Shown: one piece after another, positions 59,494 to 64,000 of the stretch
Layout: every line of letters begins with the position of its first letter
Position numbering within the stretch: the stretch's first letter is position 1
From: Blepharisma stoltei ATCC 30299
Lineage: Eukaryota; Protista; Ciliophora
Length of the DNA: 64,000 nucleotides
Direction of reading: 5' to 3'
NCBI GenBank assembly: GCA_965603825.1
Contig: CBFDEM010000054.1
Coordinates: forward strand, 744,001 to 808,000
The notes under the pieces: generated by a model
Databases searched by the model: none
The model's input: only the letters and a program-made list of their open reading frames with translations
What the model was told of the DNA's origin: nothing
Made by a program: the position numbers and the translations under genes

Positions 59494-60339
59494 TTAATTT
59501 TCAGCATTAGCTATTTTTCTAGCCTTAAAGCAAAATCCAGGAGTATACTCTCCTGTCATCAATTCTCTCGATTGCTGAGATTTATTTGAAAAATCAAAAT
59601 TTGGATTAGTTTCATATCCTTTCGCCCCAACCAATTCAAACCCACATCTTTCCAAAGCATTCTTTACGTCATCAAGAGTCCAAACTGTAGCATTAAAAAC
59701 AAATTTTTCTTGCCTTGTTTTCATATCCATAAATGCATACTCAATTTTAGCAATTTCTCCATCATAAAACAGCCTTTTTAAATTTGTGTACCAATCAACA
59801 CTCATCAGTTCCTGAAATTTGCTAAATTCTTGGATTTCTTTAGGATTTACAGTCACAAATGAATAAATTCCTCCAATTTTCAAAAATTTATTTGTTGCTT
59901 TAAATCCAGACTCTAGCTGTGTTATAGAGCTTGCATTGCAAATTAGCCAAAAATCTGCAACTGCGTCAAAATAGTCGCTATATATATCAAGTGGGAGAGC
60001 TTGGCTAATGGAATCTATAGAGAAACAATCAGCCTTATATATGCTGTATTTACTAGAGTCACTTCCTATAGAGCTTAAGTAGTATTTTGCATTGTTTACC
60101 ATATTTGCATCTACATCAAGCCCAACTACTAGGGAAGCTCCTTTTTCTAGAAAATGTGGAATCTCTGTTGCAGGGCCGCATGCTAAATTCAGGATTTTCA
60201 TTCCATCTAAAGCAGTGCCAGAGTATGAGCCATCATTTGATAAACTTTTTATGATGGTGTACTCGTGGCAGTTGTAAAACAGCGGGTCTGATTTTAAGAC
60301 AACATAATAATTTGCATCAAATCCACCCTCACTAACCAT
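59494..60339 (-). CDS. Class I SAM-dependent methyltransferase (~281 aa)
   Basis: ILNLACGPA motif I, VVGLDVDANMV, YKADC, FDAV, FLKIGG; first ATG at 60339. Confidence 0.85.
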   Translation of the reverse strand: MVSEGGFDANYYVVLKSDPLFYNCHEYTIIKSLSNDGSYSGTALDGMKILNLACGPATEIPHFLEKGASLVVGLDVDANMVNNAKYYLSSIGSDSSKYSIYKADCFSIDSISQALPLDIYSDYFDAVADFWLICNASSITQLESGFKATNKFLKIGGIYSFVTVNPKEIQEFSKFQELMSVDWYTNLKRLFYDGEIAKIEYAFMDMKTRQEKFVFNATVWTLDDVKNALERCGFELVGAKGYETNPNFDFSNKSQQSRELMTGEYTPGFCFKARKIANAEN

Positions 60340-60706
60340 TTTTATTATATTCACAAGTAATCGTTTTTAAGGTGAAGTTATTATGCAGCCATATATCTTG
60401 TAAAAAATTTGACGTGCTTAATTTGAGATATAAAAAATGCTATGATTTTACTAAATATTTTTAACTGTTTCTATAAAAATTATTTGTATTTGCTAAATTT
60501 TATATTTCTTTGCAAGATATTAACTCATATAAATCTTTATTAGAATAAGTTTCGCAAAATATCATTTCTAAGCTCATTATTGTTTTAAAAAGCGCTTATC
60601 TATATCTCTTAATTAGTGACCTTTTTAACAGATTTCAATAAAAAGCTGCATAAAAATCTTTTATATACATTTTCTAACCATTTTTAACAATCTTTCATAA
60701 TTTGAA

Positions 60707-61612
60707 ATGGAAAGAATCGAGAGATACCAAAAAATCGAGAAGATCGGTGAAGGTACTTATGGTGTGGTTTACAAGTCAAGAGATAGAAATACAGGAGAAA
60801 TCGTCGCATTAAAGAAGATTCGACTTGAATCAGAAGATGAAGGGGTTCCGTCTACTGCAATTCGTGAGATATCTCTTCTTAAAACCTTAAGACATCCAAA
60901 TGTAGTCAAGCTTCACGACGTGGTGCACACTGACCAAAAATTGTACTTGATCTTTGAGTTCTTAGACCACGACCTCAAAAAGCACATGAATGTATTAGGC
61001 AGTCCTTTACCTCCGATGACAGTGAAAAGTTTCTTATATCAAATTCTCTCTTCGTTAGCCTATTGTCATACGCATAGAGTCTTGCATAGAGATTTGAAGC
61101 CTCAAAACATCTTGATTGATAGAGAAGGAAGCGTCAGACTTGCAGATTTTGGCTTAGCAAGAGCATTCGGGTTGCCTATTAAAACGTACACTCATGAAGT
61201 CGTCACACTCTGGTATAGAGCCCCTGAAATTCTGATGGGAGCTCGGCAGTACTCTACACCTGTAGATATTTGGTCAATTGGGTGCATTTTTGCAGAAATG
61301 GCACAAAAGAGAGCTTTGTTTATGGGTGACTCGGAGATTGACCAGCTTTTTAAGATTTTCAGAGTGCTTGGGACGCCAACTGAAGAAACATTCCCTGGTG
61401 TCACAGGATTTGCAGACTTTAAGCCGACTTTTCCTAAGTGGCGCGCGCAGAACCTTTCTAGATTTGCTGCGAACCTTGATGAAAATGGTTTAGATTTGCT
61501 ATCCAAAATGGTTTGCTACGACCCAGCTAAAAGAATTTCAGCCAAAGCAGCAATGCTGCATCCATATTTTAATGACTTAGACACTTCCTGTCTAGCTCCT
61601 TATAACGTATAA
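60707..61612 (+). CDS. CDK1: Cyclin-dependent kinase 1/2 (cdc2)
   Basis: [41 protein letters not shown]. Confidence 0.96.
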   Translation: MERIERYQKIEKIGEGTYGVVYKSRDRNTGEIVALKKIRLESEDEGVPSTAIREISLLKTLRHPNVVKLHDVVHTDQKLYLIFEFLDHDLKKHMNVLGSPLPPMTVKSFLYQILSSLAYCHTHRVLHRDLKPQNILIDREGSVRLADFGLARAFGLPIKTYTHEVVTLWYRAPEILMGARQYSTPVDIWSIGCIFAEMAQKRALFMGDSEIDQLFKIFRVLGTPTEETFPGVTGFADFKPTFPKWRAQNLSRFAANLDENGLDLLSKMVCYDPAKRISAKAAMLHPYFNDLDTSCLAPYNV

Positions 61613-61691
61613 AATAAAACATTATCCAAGAATACGTCAAACCTGCCGATTTTTTTATTTTTAAGCAAATTCTCTTTAAGAAAACATAATT

Positions 61692-62234
61692 TTATTGCAC
61701 TTTTCTTAAATGGTTAAGCCTAACCCTCCCTTTGCACAACGGACACTCTAAAGCGTTCTCTAGTAGCCTTTCCCAGCATTTTCTACAGCACACATGTCCG
61801 CATTTCGCTGCCATTGGCTCTGCAAACCTCCCATAGCAAATATTACACATCTCATCTTCAGGTATATCTTCTATAGAATCTGCAGCGTTATTTGCTAATG
61901 CAATGGCTTTGCGATTAGCTAGCAAAACTCTTCGAGAGCCTTTATTTAAGCTTGCTAGGGAAATTTCTTCCTCTTTTGTTTCTTCTTCTGCTGGCTTTTC
62001 CTCGATTTCGATTACCACTTGTAATCCTGCATATGTCAGAGCTCGTTTATAGTCTGTTTGTGTCCTTACAGGCATTTTAGAGCCTGCTGAATTTAAAATA
62101 GAAAATAATAAGTTGCTGCTGGGCATCCCAAAGCTTTTTTTTACTGTTTTCTTCAGCTCTGCTAAAGAAGCAGGAATTTTTCGAATCGGTAATGTTTCTT
62201 TATTGAATTTTAATGTGCAATCTATTGATTCCAT
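61692..62234 (-). CDS. PB1-like domain + C3HC4 RING finger protein
   Basis: N-terminal beta-grasp-like region; CNICYGRFAEPMAAKCGHVCCRKC...CPLCK. Confidence 0.85.
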   Translation of the reverse strand: MESIDCTLKFNKETLPIRKIPASLAELKKTVKKSFGMPSSNLLFSILNSAGSKMPVRTQTDYKRALTYAGLQVVIEIEEKPAEEETKEEEISLASLNKGSRRVLLANRKAIALANNAADSIEDIPEDEMCNICYGRFAEPMAAKCGHVCCRKCWERLLENALECPLCKGRVRLNHLRKVQ

Positions 62235-62260
62235 ATTATAATTCTAATTTGCTAGTTAAT

Positions 62261-62893
62261 TTAATCCATCCTAGCCTTTAATGTTCTTGCAGTAATACCA
62301 GCAGGAGTAATGATATAAACCACAGCACCCCACCCTGAAAATGCGTCTCTATCAAGTGCTGACAATAAGCATTGAGAAGCTACCTCAAAGAGTTCTTCTG
62401 CCTCTAAATCAGGCTTAACAAAACTTTCACAAGCGCCCAACATCAGCTCGCTCGCAGTTCCAATACAAAAGAAGTTATCCCCATCAGTCATGCACCCAAT
62501 TGAATCGCTCGTTGATATGTAGGGTTCGTTGTTCTCGTCTAGCCCAGCTACTAAAGGCTCTATGAAATATGGGCCAAATCTTCTGCCATATAGCATATTT
62601 GAGATCAGTCATGACAAAGTTTTGGGCTGAATTTGTCTGTTTTCCTTCAAAGCATAAAGATTAAGCTTGTATTTAAGATCTGCGCCTATTGTTTGGACAT
62701 CCCCTCCAAGGCCAATGAAGCCTGCTAAACATTTGTCGGTCATCTTGAAAACACGCTGGAAAGTGGTGCTGACTGTTTTATATTGAGCGCCAAGCCTGCG
62801 GTCCATTGCTATTGCGACGCAGTTTTTGCCTTTAATTGCAAGGATAGAGCCACCGTGGAAATTGAAGATATTCGACTAAATAGATCTTACCAT
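62261..62893 (-). CDS. PSMB3: 20S proteasome subunit beta type-3 (~205 aa)
   Basis: M|SNIFNFHGGSILAIKGKNCVAIAMDRRLG...LYGRRFGPYFIEP...DRDAFSGWG...LKARMD; TGA 62609-62611; intron right after ATG. Confidence 0.95.
62876..62890 (-). other. 15-nt spliceosomal intron immediately after the start codon
   Basis: ATG|GTAAGATCTATTTAG|TCG. Confidence 0.85.
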
Positions 62894-63079
62894 CTTGCTA
62901 AGTTTATAAGAAAATTATTTTGTTATGCATATTATAACGAAAACTGATACTAAATTGCTATATAATTTCCTATTAAATAAGCGTGCTCAGGGTAAATTAA
63001 TACCTAGCATTTAGAAAATAAAATTACTAACACAAATGATTAAATAAAAATAATTGGCTTTCTCTGTTATAAAAGACAT

Positions 63080-64000
63080 CTAAATCTGATTCGGCTCCTC
63101 TTCATCGCTCTCAAGTTGCCGTATCATGACTCCAGTAAACTCTTCAAAATCTATTTCACCATCTCCATTCACATCAGCAGCTTTCAGCATTTTGGTAAAA
63201 TCCCCATAATTATACTCATCTCCTCCTAGCCTCTGTCACAGCTCTTCCAATGAAATTTTCCCATTCCTGTCCATATCAAAAGCTTGAAACGCTTTATATA
63301 ATTTATCTTTATTTAAAGCAGTTTTCCAATTAGTAGCTGCAGTCAGGAATTCTGTATAGCTTATTAAACCATTTTGGTCAATATCGCACTTTTGCATCAA
63401 CTCATTAGCGTTCATGCTTTCGGTTTGGCTAAATTTAGATAGCCCATTGATAAGCTCTCCTTTAGACAGGGTTCCATCTTTATTGACATCCAGAGCTAAA
63501 AAAACTTCTCTTAAAACTCTTAGCTCTGTATTCGTCGCTATTTGTGACACTATAAAAGTCATCGTGGCTTTTTGTAGTTTGTTGTGGACGTTGAATAATT
63601 TTAAATTAGATAAAGACTCACTGGCTAATGAGATGTCTGGGACTGAATTATTCATTCTTGTTTTTATTCATTCGTGATCCAAGATATCTGTGATTTTAGG
63701 ACGATACGCAGGAGATTTGTTAAGCATCCACCTTATCAGCTCTTTGGCTTCTTTTGAAACGTTACTTCAAACTGGTTTTTTGAAAGAAACTGGTTTGTTG
63801 CGGATTTTCTTATATAGTGATTTTTCGTCTTTGGCGTAAAATGGAGGTAGGCCGGATAGCATGATGTAGAGGATAATTCCAAGGCTTCATACGTCACATT
63901 GCATGTCATAGCTACCAGAAATGACTTCTGGGGCCATATAATAGGAAGTTCCAATCATTTTTGAAAGTTTTGAGTGAGGCTTCAAAAAGTGAGAAGTTCC
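63080..64000 (-). CDS. Calcium-dependent protein kinase (CDPK), 5' partial
   Basis: GTSYYMAPEV, CDV(W)SLG, junction domain and four EF hands; four TGA=Trp; TAG 63080-63082. Confidence 0.92.

Noticed and set aside
1006-63954. Many short antisense or alternative-frame ORFs in the track (e.g. 40396-40740, 49440-50219, 52585-53193, 63736-63954)
   Set aside because: They are shadows of recognisable genes on the opposite strand or another frame and contain no domains
1-64000. Treating TGA-split genes as pseudogenes or selenoproteins
   Set aside because: TGA aligns with conserved Trp, not Cys, in many essential genes
1-64000. CRISPR arrays, rRNA, tRNA, telomeric tracts, prokaryotic operons
   Set aside because: None were recognised by eye and the window is eukaryotic; small RNA genes could still be missed without Infernal or tRNAscan-SE

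Overview
This is AT-rich (roughly one-third GC), very gene-dense eukaryotic DNA from a heterotrich ciliate, most likely Blepharisma somatic (macronuclear) DNA. Two features point to this. First, TGA repeatedly falls in frame at positions where homologues have a conserved Trp (BDP1 SANT, TSG101 UEV, TOG HEAT repeats, kinase D-x-W-S, USP W-x-x-x-D-D), while genes end in TAA or TAG. Second, all 11 inferred introns are exactly 15 nt. The supplied ORF track therefore fragments or misses many genes. After re-translation there are about 41 protein-coding genes, including BDP1, TSG101, calcyphosin, a ChAPs/exomer adaptor, a Patched/NPC1-like protein, GSK3-like, AGC, PKG, CDK1 and CDPK kinases, RBR and RING ligases, a USP, SPT16, XMAP215, a membrane PDE and PSMB3. 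Best leads: (1) a GC-rich, TA-bounded 25-bp-arm palindrome whose 54-bp excision repairs a HExxH zincin gene that is otherwise broken mainly by single-base homopolymer losses, suggesting a germline-like island with a nested IES/MITE; (2) a motor-less, stand-alone dynein stalk/microtubule-binding-domain protein; (3) a pyruvate-kinase pseudoenzyme; (4) a UBA-PARP6/8-UBE2Q fusion; (5) hidden Cip/Kip-type CDK inhibitor and GET2/CAML-like genes. All identifications come from manual motif recognition; no database searches were run.
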